From Crocinitomicaceae bacterium (GTDB taxonomy: Bacteria; Bacteroidota; Bacteroidia; Flavobacteriales_D; Sanyastnellaceae), in assembly GCA_040382375.1 (NCBI GenBank), contig JBEIFO010000001.1, forward strand, positions 1 to 38,472: a stretch of 38,472 nt of DNA, written 5' to 3'. Of the stretch, positions 31,711 to 38,472 are shown piece after piece (position 1 is the first letter of the stretch; each line of letters begins with the position of its first letter). Under the pieces are notes generated by a model that made no database searches, was not told the DNA's origin, and saw only the letters and a program-made list of their open reading frames with translations. The position numbers were made by a program, and so were the translations under genes.

Positions 31711-33111
31711 ATGAAATTACATGTAATAGTCTTTTTAGTTGCTGTGTTTTACAGCATAGCGGGGCATTCGCAGACTGAAATTAATAGGGCGGTTTTAACG
31801 GACACAGAGGCGAATTCAAAAGTTGGAGCGCGTTCGTCTATTTGTTTAAATGTTTATTTTGGTGATGGCCAAGAGAATAAGAATGAAGCCGACTTTAAAC
31901 GCAAAGTAAAAAAACACCATGTAGGTTTTGATATAAACTACTGGGTAAAAGATGCTGAGCGAACAAATAGCTTTAGGGTGCTAAATTATGATTTGAGAGA
32001 TTACCACCTTCTTTTGGTTACCGATTATTATTGGGATTGTGCGAAGTTTAATGATTTGCTCTCGTCTCAAATACCATCGATAAATTATTCGTTCAAAAAT
32101 GTTAGGGTTTCAGAAGATTCTACAAAGTTTGAGTATCTCTTGATGAAAAACGAGGGACATTGTCAACTTTCCGGAGATTTCGAAGTTTTTTTTCCAATTG
32201 TTGAGCTTATCATTAAGGAGCAGGAGGTGTCAATGTTGAGTTCAAATCGACTGTTGGAGAGAAGATTGAAATCTTCTGATGATATGGTTAAATCTCTAAG
32301 CGCAGAGCTGAAAAGAATTGACGCTTCCAATAAGGATTTAAAAAACACCTTAGAGGATATAAAATCGAGTTTAGATGACTCGAATAATGATAGTGGCAAG
32401 TTAAAAGTTCAATTGTCCTATTTACCTGAATTGAAGAGTTCTCAATTGAGCAATCAAGCGCTTTCGGCAAAGGTTAAGTTTAGATTAAATAACCCCTTTT
32501 TCAATGTGGTAGTGGGTTATGGTCAATTGAACAAGCAATGGAGTTCTAGCTCTTTTGATTATAGTCAACAGAGGTTGAATTCCGTTGGTAATGTGCCCAT
32601 GAATATTGTTACCCAAGGAGGAAATATTCAGGACAATTATTCATTAAAATACAACGCTGCAATTGTGGGGTGTGAGTACAACTTAGGTGATTTGATAATA
32701 GGTTTGGATAGTTGGTTGCCAATAAATTCAAACTTAACTTGTGAAAATAAAGCCGGTGTGTTTAATTATTATGGGATTTCTAATCAGGTGTTAGAACCAA
32801 TCGAGAATATTCCAAGTTTGGGTTTATCATCGAATGTTTCATACATAGGTGAGAAAAGTGTTTTTAAAGATGTAATGAAAACTCGTTTTGCATTTCATGC
32901 TGGATATGAGATTAATGTTTTGAAGAATATGAGTTTTTTGCCTTCGCTGTGCTTTATGTCGAAATCAACATTTAAGAATATTTCAGATTCAGAAAATTTA
33001 ACGGATGGTTTGGGACAATATTCGAGCTTGATTGAGTATGCTAATTCAGAGAGAAATCTGAGTAGTTCCCTGTACTTAAATTTATCGGTTTGTTTTAAAA
33101 TAACAAAATAA
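31711..33111 (+). CDS. secreted protein with a central coiled coil and a C-terminal beta-strand-rich (possible outer-membrane barrel) half
   Basis: The ATG at 31711 (1 nt after the upstream stop) gives the signal peptide MKLHVIVFLVAVFYSIAGHSQ. The coiled coil is LERRLKSSDDMVKSLSAELKRIDASNKDLKNTLEDIKSSL. The C-terminal ~230 aa show an alternating hydrophobic pattern (FAFHAGYEINV, LYLNLSVCFKI). Confidence 0.45.
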   Translation: MKLHVIVFLVAVFYSIAGHSQTEINRAVLTDTEANSKVGARSSICLNVYFGDGQENKNEADFKRKVKKHHVGFDINYWVKDAERTNSFRVLNYDLRDYHLLLVTDYYWDCAKFNDLLSSQIPSINYSFKNVRVSEDSTKFEYLLMKNEGHCQLSGDFEVFFPIVELIIKEQEVSMLSSNRLLERRLKSSDDMVKSLSAELKRIDASNKDLKNTLEDIKSSLDDSNNDSGKLKVQLSYLPELKSSQLSNQALSAKVKFRLNNPFFNVVVGYGQLNKQWSSSSFDYSQQRLNSVGNVPMNIVTQGGNIQDNYSLKYNAAIVGCEYNLGDLIIGLDSWLPINSNLTCENKAGVFNYYGISNQVLEPIENIPSLGLSSNVSYIGEKSVFKDVMKTRFAFHAGYEINVLKNMSFLPSLCFMSKSTFKNISDSENLTDGLGQYSSLIEYANSERNLSSSLYLNLSVCFKITK

Positions 33112-33118
33112 CATTTAC

Positions 33119-36100
33119 ATGCGATCAATATTATTCACAGCCGTTTTTGCTTTAATAAATCTAGTTTCATTTGGTGTATGTGAACCTGCAACAATAACTC
33201 CTTCAACACCACAAACAATTTGTGCAGGTGGAAGTGTAATTCTTAGCACCGCCGTCCTGACAAATGCAACCTATCAATGGAACTTAAATGGATTAGTTGT
33301 AGGTACTAATTCTGCTACATACACTGCAACTTCGAGTGGCTCTTATACGGTTACTGTTTCAGGTGCAGCTGACGGGGCAGGTGGGACTTGTGATGTTTCG
33401 ACAAGTTTGGAGACTATTGTTACGGTCAATCCTTTGCCAACAGCTACAATCACTCCAGCTTCTGCAACAACTTTCTGTCAGGGAGGTTCCGTGGCGTTGA
33501 ATGCAAACACAGGGGCAGGTCTAACTTATCAATGGAAAAAAGATGGTTCCAACCTTTCAGGAGCGACTACCTCTTCATATTCAGCCAATACAAGTGGATC
33601 ATACACTGTTGTTGTTACGAATGCATCAAGTTGTTCTGCGACTAGCGGAGCTATTATTGTTACAGTCAACACTCTGCCAAGCGCTCCAACATCACCATTA
33701 CCTAATTCACGATGTGGTGCTGGCACCGTGTCCTTGTCAGCCACCGCTCCTTCGGGATCAACCATCGATTGGTATTCAGCAGCTTCTGGAGGAACTTTAT
33801 TGTTTAGCAGTTCAACATCTTTTACTACTCCAAGTATTTCAACAACGACCATTTATTATGCTGAAGCCAGAAATACTACGACAGGTTGTGTTTCAGCAAC
33901 TAGAACAGCTGTAACAGCATCAGTTAATGCCCTTCCAATAGCCCCAAACTCACTTAATAATTTTTCCCGATGCGGCACAGGCACATTAACGTTGTCAGCC
34001 ACCGCGCCATCAGGCTCAACCATCGATTGGTATTCAGCAGCTTCTGGAGGAACTTTATTGTTTAGCAGTTCAATATCTTATACTACTCCAAGTATTTCAA
34101 CAACTACCATTTATTATGCTGAAGCCAGAAATACCACGACAGGTTGTGTTTCAGCGACAAGAACAGCTGTAACGGCAACGGTGAATGTTGTGCCTGTAGT
34201 AGGGAATATTTCATTAACCATTTGTTCGGGAGCTGGTTTTTCTGAAACCCCTCAGAACGGTGGAAGTAATGTTATTCCTGCTGGGACTCAATATTCATGG
34301 ACTGTTTCAAATGCGGATGTAATAGGTGAATCTGTTTCAGTTACATTACAAACAAGTATTGCTCAACAGGCATTAACGAACTCCTCTTTGACTGATCAAG
34401 TTGTGGAATACGCAGTAACGCCTGAGGCCTTAGCATGCCCGGGTAACTCTTTCACGGTTTCAGTTACAGTTTCTACGAATTCAATTCCTGTACTCAACGA
34501 TCCTATAGATCAAAACCTTTGCGCGGGAAGCAGCACAGCATCCGTTAATTTCACTGTTTCACCGGTAATTCCAAATACAATTTACAATTGGACGAACAGC
34601 AATCCTTCAATTGGCATTGGAGCATCAGGTTCGGGTAATATCACGTCTTTCCCAGCTACAAATTCTACCAACGCTGCTGTAACCTCCAATATAGTTGTAA
34701 CACCATCGTATACTGTTTCAGGTTTGACATGTACTGGAGTAAGCCAAACTTTTATTTTTACAGTAAAGCCGCTGCCATCAATGACCAGTTCTTCAAGCTT
34801 GAGCGTATGCTCCGGAGCTACTTGGAGCATACCTTTGAATAGCAATATTACAAGTACATACACTTGGCAAGCAACATCAAATACCAATGTTGGAGGAGAA
34901 AGCGCAATAGTTCAAACTTCAGGAACGGTTTCAGATCTGTTAACGAACACAACAATAACTGATCAGGTCGTGAATTATTCGGTTATTCCAACAGCGAATG
35001 GTTGTCCGGGTTCTCCACAGTCGGTTTCGGTTACTGTCAAACCTCTTCCATCAATGACAAGCCTCAATTCGTCAAACATTTGTTCTGGTTCTCCCTTGAA
35101 TTTTCAATTAACAAGTAATATTACAAGTTCATACACTTGGCTTGCAACATCGAATGGTAATGTTGGAGGAGAAAGTACTACCAGTCAATCATCTTCAGCA
35201 ATTAATAATACATTGACTAATTCAACCCTTGTGGATCAAACGGTGGTTTACTCAGTTATTCCAACAGCGAATGGTTGTCCGGGTTCTCAACAATCGGTTT
35301 CTATTACTGTCAAACCTCTTCCATCAATGACAAGTCTCAATGCGGCAAGCATTTGTTCAGGTATTCCTTTGAATTTTCAATTAACAAGTAGTATTGCAAG
35401 TTCATACACTTGGCTTGCAACATCGAATGGTAATGTTGGAGGAGAGAGTACTGCCAGTCAATCATCTTCGATAATAAACAATTCATTGACTAATTCAACC
35501 CTTGTAGATCAAACGGTGGTTTATTCAGTAATTCCAACATCGAATGGTTGTCCGGGCTCTCCACAGTCGGTTTCGGTTACTGTCAAACCTCTTCCCTCAA
35601 TGACAAGCCTCAATTCGTCAAGCATTTGTTCTGGTTCTCCCTTGAATTTTCAATTAACAAGTAATATTACAAGTTCATACACTTGGCTTGCAACATCGAA
35701 TGGTAATGTAGGAGGAGAGAGTTTGTCGAGTCAAAACACCTCGATAATCAACAATACTCTTTCTCATTTATCAAATAGCAATCAAGTTGTAGATTACATC
35801 GTAACTCCAACAGCGAATGGCTGTCAAGGTTCAATACAGACAGTTTCTATTACAGTAAAGCCCAAACCAAGTATCACCTCAAATCTTCAACAAACCATTT
35901 GCTCGGAACAACAATTCACGTTTACACCTGAGAACAATACAAACGGCATTGTGCCTGCGAATACAACCCTAACTTGGACAGTAAGTAATTCAAACGTCAC
36001 AGGCGAACAGAGTAATACTAACTCGGGTGTGGGTACATTGAATCAAACCCTAACGAATACGAATTATGCGAACAATCAAGTTGTTTATACGGTCACTCCT

Positions 36101-38080
36101 GTAGCTAATTCATGTACAGGAAATTCATTTGATTATACGGTTACAGTTAACAAAGCGCCGAACTTGAGTGTTACTCCAACAAGTACGATTTGCGACGGGA
36201 ACTCAATTCAACTGTTTGCAGTAGATGCGTTCAATACAGGTCAATTGTTCTACAGCTGGTCAAATGCGAGTACACTAAATAGTTCCTTCATATTTAATCC
36301 GATTGCGACACCACAGACGAGCACTACTTATACAGTTTCAGCCACTGACAACACTACTTTATGTCAGGTTTCACGGAATGTTACGGTGAATGTTTTTCAA
36401 CAAGTGGCGAATATTTCATACACCTCCCCAACTTCTTTTTGCCAAGGAGGAAGTGTAACGCTGACAGCAAATTCGGGAGTTGGACTGAGCTACCAATGGA
36501 AAATAAATGGAACGGACATTCCTGGGGCAACATCAATAAACTACCCTGCAATTTCTTCGGGAGTTTATACTGTGATGGTAACAAATACAAATGGTTGCGT
36601 AAAAACAAGCATGGGACAAACTGTAATAGTTAACTCGCTGCCCATTGCTGATATTTCAAATTTATCAACGACAACTTTCTGTCAAGGTGAAAGTGTGATA
36701 TTTAACACCACCAATGTGGTAGGCAACATTTATCAATGGAAATTGAATGGCAGTAATATTCCAGGTGCTACTTTATATTCATACGAAGCCAGTCTATCAG
36801 GAAGTTATTCTGTAGTAGTTACGAATACAAATTCATGTAGTTTGCAGAGTCCGAGTGTTAGCGTTACTGTTCATTCTTTGCCGGTACTTTCTGTTTCAGC
36901 CGATGACTATAATCTATGTGTAGGTGAAAGCACTAATCTAAACGTCACGGGTGCTTCAAGTTATTCATGGACACCCGCAGGTCTCGTTTCGAATTCAAAC
37001 GCAGCTAGTCCTGCTGTATATCCAACTTCAACTACAAACTTTGGTGTGACAGGAACAGATCAAAACGGATGTTCCAACTATGAAGAAATTCAAATTACAG
37101 TTGTTCCAAATCCAACTCTTGATTTGCCAAACACGATAGAGGCATGTGAAGGTTCGGTAGTTTCTTTGCCGGGTTCAGCGGCAATAGATTGGTCAGGGAT
37201 TACTCCAATAGCCGAGTTTACAGCGCAGCAGTCTGGATATGCTATAGCTACACTTCAAAATTCTAATTTGTGCTCTGCTATAGATTCAATTTATCTTCAA
37301 GTGAATCCGTTGCCAACACCTGATATTACCGGGTCTGAAGCTGTTTGCGCTAACGCGCACTATTCCGAATATTCTGTAGTTTCATCGGGGAATGCATATT
37401 CTTGGAATGTCTCGAACGGAGAGTTACAAGGAATCGACAATGGAAATACAGCTTACATTCATTGGTACGATATGGAATACGGACCTTCGACTTTTGTAAC
37501 AATGATTGAGCACGATAACATTACTGGTTGCGAAGGAAGTGATACATTGTTCGTGACGTTTTCAGGTTTGGCTCCGAATACTACAAATGTCAATTTGCTC
37601 GATCCAAGCGGAAGTACTTTGTATGCTGAAGATCACTTTGCTATTATGAATTGGGGAGCAACGATTATTTCGAATAATGTTGACGAATACACTAACGGTC
37701 ACGCTCAGTACTATACATTTGAGAATTTCGATACCGCACTGCGTTATTATTGGATTGAGGCTGGTGACGATTCCTTGTGTTTAACGCGTTCATACTACAA
37801 CGCCCCAGTTTGGCAGGTAGGTGTTGAGGAGAATCAAGATTTTTCAGCGGTCAACATTTACCCGAATCCAACCTCTGGTGTCTTAAACATTTCTCATGAT
37901 TCAAACTTTGAATTGTCAAGTGTTAAAGTCTATGACATGACAGGACATTTAATAAAAGAGAATTTGTATTTTAGAAATCAAAACTTATTTGATGTGAGTG
38001 AATTGCCTTCAGGTTTTTACATTTTAAAACTGGTTTCCTCCAGTGGACAAAGCGTGAATAAAACTTTCGTGAAGGAATAG
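33119..38080 (+). CDS. giant repeat-rich cell-surface protein (Ig-like/PKD-like domains) with a T9SS C-terminal sorting domain
   Basis: 1653-aa ORF with signal peptide MRSILFTAVFALINLVSFG. It contains many ~85-95-aa S/T/N-rich Cys-containing beta-sandwich-type repeats (TFCQGGSV.L.A....TYQWK.NG...GAT...Y....SG.Y.V.VTN). The C-terminus matches the Por/T9SS sorting-domain pattern. Confidence 0.8.
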   Translation: MRSILFTAVFALINLVSFGVCEPATITPSTPQTICAGGSVILSTAVLTNATYQWNLNGLVVGTNSATYTATSSGSYTVTVSGAADGAGGTCDVSTSLETIVTVNPLPTATITPASATTFCQGGSVALNANTGAGLTYQWKKDGSNLSGATTSSYSANTSGSYTVVVTNASSCSATSGAIIVTVNTLPSAPTSPLPNSRCGAGTVSLSATAPSGSTIDWYSAASGGTLLFSSSTSFTTPSISTTTIYYAEARNTTTGCVSATRTAVTASVNALPIAPNSLNNFSRCGTGTLTLSATAPSGSTIDWYSAASGGTLLFSSSISYTTPSISTTTIYYAEARNTTTGCVSATRTAVTATVNVVPVVGNISLTICSGAGFSETPQNGGSNVIPAGTQYSWTVSNADVIGESVSVTLQTSIAQQALTNSSLTDQVVEYAVTPEALACPGNSFTVSVTVSTNSIPVLNDPIDQNLCAGSSTASVNFTVSPVIPNTIYNWTNSNPSIGIGASGSGNITSFPATNSTNAAVTSNIVVTPSYTVSGLTCTGVSQTFIFTVKPLPSMTSSSSLSVCSGATWSIPLNSNITSTYTWQATSNTNVGGESAIVQTSGTVSDLLTNTTITDQVVNYSVIPTANGCPGSPQSVSVTVKPLPSMTSLNSSNICSGSPLNFQLTSNITSSYTWLATSNGNVGGESTTSQSSSAINNTLTNSTLVDQTVVYSVIPTANGCPGSQQSVSITVKPLPSMTSLNAASICSGIPLNFQLTSSIASSYTWLATSNGNVGGESTASQSSSIINNSLTNSTLVDQTVVYSVIPTSNGCPGSPQSVSVTVKPLPSMTSLNSSSICSGSPLNFQLTSNITSSYTWLATSNGNVGGESLSSQNTSIINNTLSHLSNSNQVVDYIVTPTANGCQGSIQTVSITVKPKPSITSNLQQTICSEQQFTFTPENNTNGIVPANTTLTWTVSNSNVTGEQSNTNSGVGTLNQTLTNTNYANNQVVYTVTPVANSCTGNSFDYTVTVNKAPNLSVTPTSTICDGNSIQLFAVDAFNTGQLFYSWSNASTLNSSFIFNPIATPQTSTTYTVSATDNTTLCQVSRNVTVNVFQQVANISYTSPTSFCQGGSVTLTANSGVGLSYQWKINGTDIPGATSINYPAISSGVYTVMVTNTNGCVKTSMGQTVIVNSLPIADISNLSTTTFCQGESVIFNTTNVVGNIYQWKLNGSNIPGATLYSYEASLSGSYSVVVTNTNSCSLQSPSVSVTVHSLPVLSVSADDYNLCVGESTNLNVTGASSYSWTPAGLVSNSNAASPAVYPTSTTNFGVTGTDQNGCSNYEEIQITVVPNPTLDLPNTIEACEGSVVSLPGSAAIDWSGITPIAEFTAQQSGYAIATLQNSNLCSAIDSIYLQVNPLPTPDITGSEAVCANAHYSEYSVVSSGNAYSWNVSNGELQGIDNGNTAYIHWYDMEYGPSTFVTMIEHDNITGCEGSDTLFVTFSGLAPNTTNVNLLDPSGSTLYAEDHFAIMNWGATIISNNVDEYTNGHAQYYTFENFDTALRYYWIEAGDDSLCLTRSYYNAPVWQVGVEENQDFSAVNIYPNPTSGVLNISHDSNFELSSVKVYDMTGHLIKENLYFRNQNLFDVSELPSGFYILKLVSSSGQSVNKTFVKE
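33674..34189 (+). repeat. 2 x 258-bp tandem duplication inside the adhesin gene
   Basis: The copies start at 33674 and 33932. Their cores (33758-33922 and 34016-34180) differ at only a handful of positions. Both encode STIDWYSAASGGTLLFSSS.S.TTPSISTTTIYYAEARNTTTGCVSATRTAVTA. Confidence 0.8.
34763..35854 (+). repeat. 4 x 273-bp in-frame tandem repeat inside the adhesin gene
   Basis: Unit starts (gtMaaRccNctNcc...) are at 34763, 35036, 35309 and 35582, and the next unit starts at 35855, an exact 273-nt period. Each unit encodes VKPLPSMTSLNSSSICSGSPLNFQLTSNITSSYTWLATSNGNVGGES...DQTVVYSVIPTANGCPGSPQSVS.T. The middle copies are the most similar. Confidence 0.85.
37850..38077 (+). other. segment encoding the T9SS (Por) C-terminal sorting domain
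   Basis: VNIYPNPTSGVLNISHDSNFELSSVKVYDMTGHLIKENLYFRNQNLFDVSELPSGFYILKLVSSSGQSVNKTFVKE shows the characteristic YPNPt...l.i, v.vyd..G, l..G.Y.lkl and K.hhK pattern at the extreme C-terminus. Confidence 0.75.
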
Positions 38081-38120
38081 CCATTCATTTGTATTGTACG
38101 ACTAGAGTTCGTCACCAAAC

Positions 38121-38153
38121 AAAAAGTCCCCAACTTCGTTGAGGACTTTTTTG
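38121..38153. terminator. bidirectional rho-independent terminator between the adhesin gene and tRNA-Arg
   Basis: The sequence is aaaaAGTCCCCAActtcgTTGAGGACTtttttg: a 9-bp stem with one mismatch, an A-run to the left and a T-run to the right. It lies 41 nt after the adhesin stop and 9 nt beyond the 3' end of tRNA-Arg. Confidence 0.6.
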
Positions 38154-38161
38154 TCTCTTAG

Positions 38162-38235
38162 TGATCCCGAAGGGATTCGAACCCCTGGCCGTCTGCTTAG
38201 AAGGCAGATGCTCTATCCAACTGAGCTACGAGATC
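38162..38235 (-). tRNA. tRNA-Arg (anticodon TCT)
   Basis: The reverse complement folds by hand into a cloverleaf: GATCTCG TA GCTC AGTTGGATA GAGC A TCTGC CTTCTAA GCAGA CGGCC AGGGG TTCGAAT CCCTT CGGGATC A. It is 74 nt, and the anticodon loop is C-T-TCT-A-A. CCA is not encoded. Confidence 0.9.
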
Positions 38236-38243
38236 ATTCATCT

Positions 38244-38280
38244 GTAAAAAAAGAAAGACAACCGAGTTGTCTTTTCTTTG
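38244..38280 (-). terminator. terminator-like hairpin + U-tract between tRNA-Pro and tRNA-Arg
   Basis: The minus strand reads caaaGAAAAGACAACtcgGTTGTCTTTCtttttttacag. The AT-rich stem is ~10 bp with one bulge and is followed by 7 T. It could instead be a processing spacer if the two tRNAs are co-transcribed. Confidence 0.4.
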
Positions 38281-38354
38281 TCGGGGTGGCAGGATTCGAA
38301 CCTACGACCTCCTGCTCCCAAAGCAGGCGCGATACCGGGCTACGCTACACCCCG
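38281..38354 (-). tRNA. tRNA-Pro (anticodon TGG)
   Basis: The reverse complement is CGGGGTG TA GCGT AGCCCGGTA TCGC G CCTGC TTTGGGA GCAGG AGGTC GTAGG TTCGAAT CCTGC CACCCCG A. It is 74 nt, the anticodon loop is T-T-TGG-G-A, and the acceptor stem is perfect. Confidence 0.9.
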
Positions 38355-38382
38355 AAATGCTCTTTAGCACCCTAAGGGGGTG

Positions 38383-38390
38383 CAAATATA
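38383..38390 (-). promoter_or_regulatory. candidate -7 box (TATATTTG) upstream of tRNA-Pro
   Basis: The plus strand reads caaatata, so the minus strand reads TATATTTG, which matches the Bacteroidota TAnnTTTG consensus. It lies 29 nt upstream of the mature tRNA 5' end. No clear -33 element is present. Confidence 0.3.
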
Positions 38391-38472
38391 CAGCTCTTTT
38401 TGAATTAACAAGACTTCTTACAAAATCTTTTTTATCCTACTGCGCGAAGATGCTACGTGAATCAACGTTCGC

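Noticed and set aside
34763-35854. CRISPR array or other non-coding repeat array
   Set aside because: The units are 273 nt, contiguous with no spacers, in frame, and translate into a coherent Ig-like/PKD-like domain. No cas genes are present. No CRISPR-like short repeat-spacer pattern was seen anywhere in the window.
33529-36633. Five ORFs (75-123 aa, both strands) inside the adhesin gene
   Set aside because: They are shadow frames of a 1653-aa ORF that has a clear domain repeat structure and a T9SS C-terminal domain.
7196-38160. Mobile element, prophage or integrative island call
   Set aside because: I could not recognise any integrase, transposase, recombinase, phage structural gene, inverted terminal repeat or duplicated tRNA end. 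Proximity to tRNA genes alone is insufficient.

Overview
This is a 38.5-kb low-GC chromosomal segment that looks Bacteroidota-like: it has a T9SS C-terminal sorting domain, signal peptides ending in SQ/AQ, and TAnnTTTG-type -7 boxes. The left ~7 kb holds a partial vWA gene preceded by an ABC/SMC-like AAA ATPase (minus strand), xseA-xseB, two decayed gene fragments (the 5' half of a DsbA-family gene abutting a GH3 C-terminal tail), and a nitroreductase flanked by two related membrane lipoproteins. The centre (about 7.2-28.4 kb) is one tightly packed 16-gene minus-strand operon of essentially uncharacterised proteins. It is led by an Hsp70/actin-fold ATPase (SrfB-like, 1014 aa) and a large P-loop GTPase (SrfC-like, 920 aa). 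Next come five bitopic membrane proteins sharing one juxtamembrane anchor: three are tandem paralogues with a constant anchor and unrelated C-terminal domains, and one carries a complete subtilisin S8 domain. After these come a polytopic membrane protein, a Ras-like small GTPase, and a ~690-aa partner protein whose TM + Pro-rich + C-terminal module is duplicated as the next gene. The last five genes encode secreted or anchored proteins, including a thrombospondin-type-3 Ca-binding repeat protein, and the operon ends at a hairpin terminator. A 0.98-kb mostly non-coding gap separates it from a divergent plus-strand cluster: a small secreted protein, a TM/TSP3 protein, a secreted protein, a coiled-coil plus putative beta-barrel protein, and a 1653-aa repeat-rich T9SS adhesin. 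The window ends with tRNA-Arg(TCT) and tRNA-Pro(TGG) on the minus strand. I recognised no rRNA, CRISPR array, integrase or transposase. The multi-NTPase envelope operon is the candidate undescribed system. All family assignments are motif-level readings made by eye and need HMM and structure searches.
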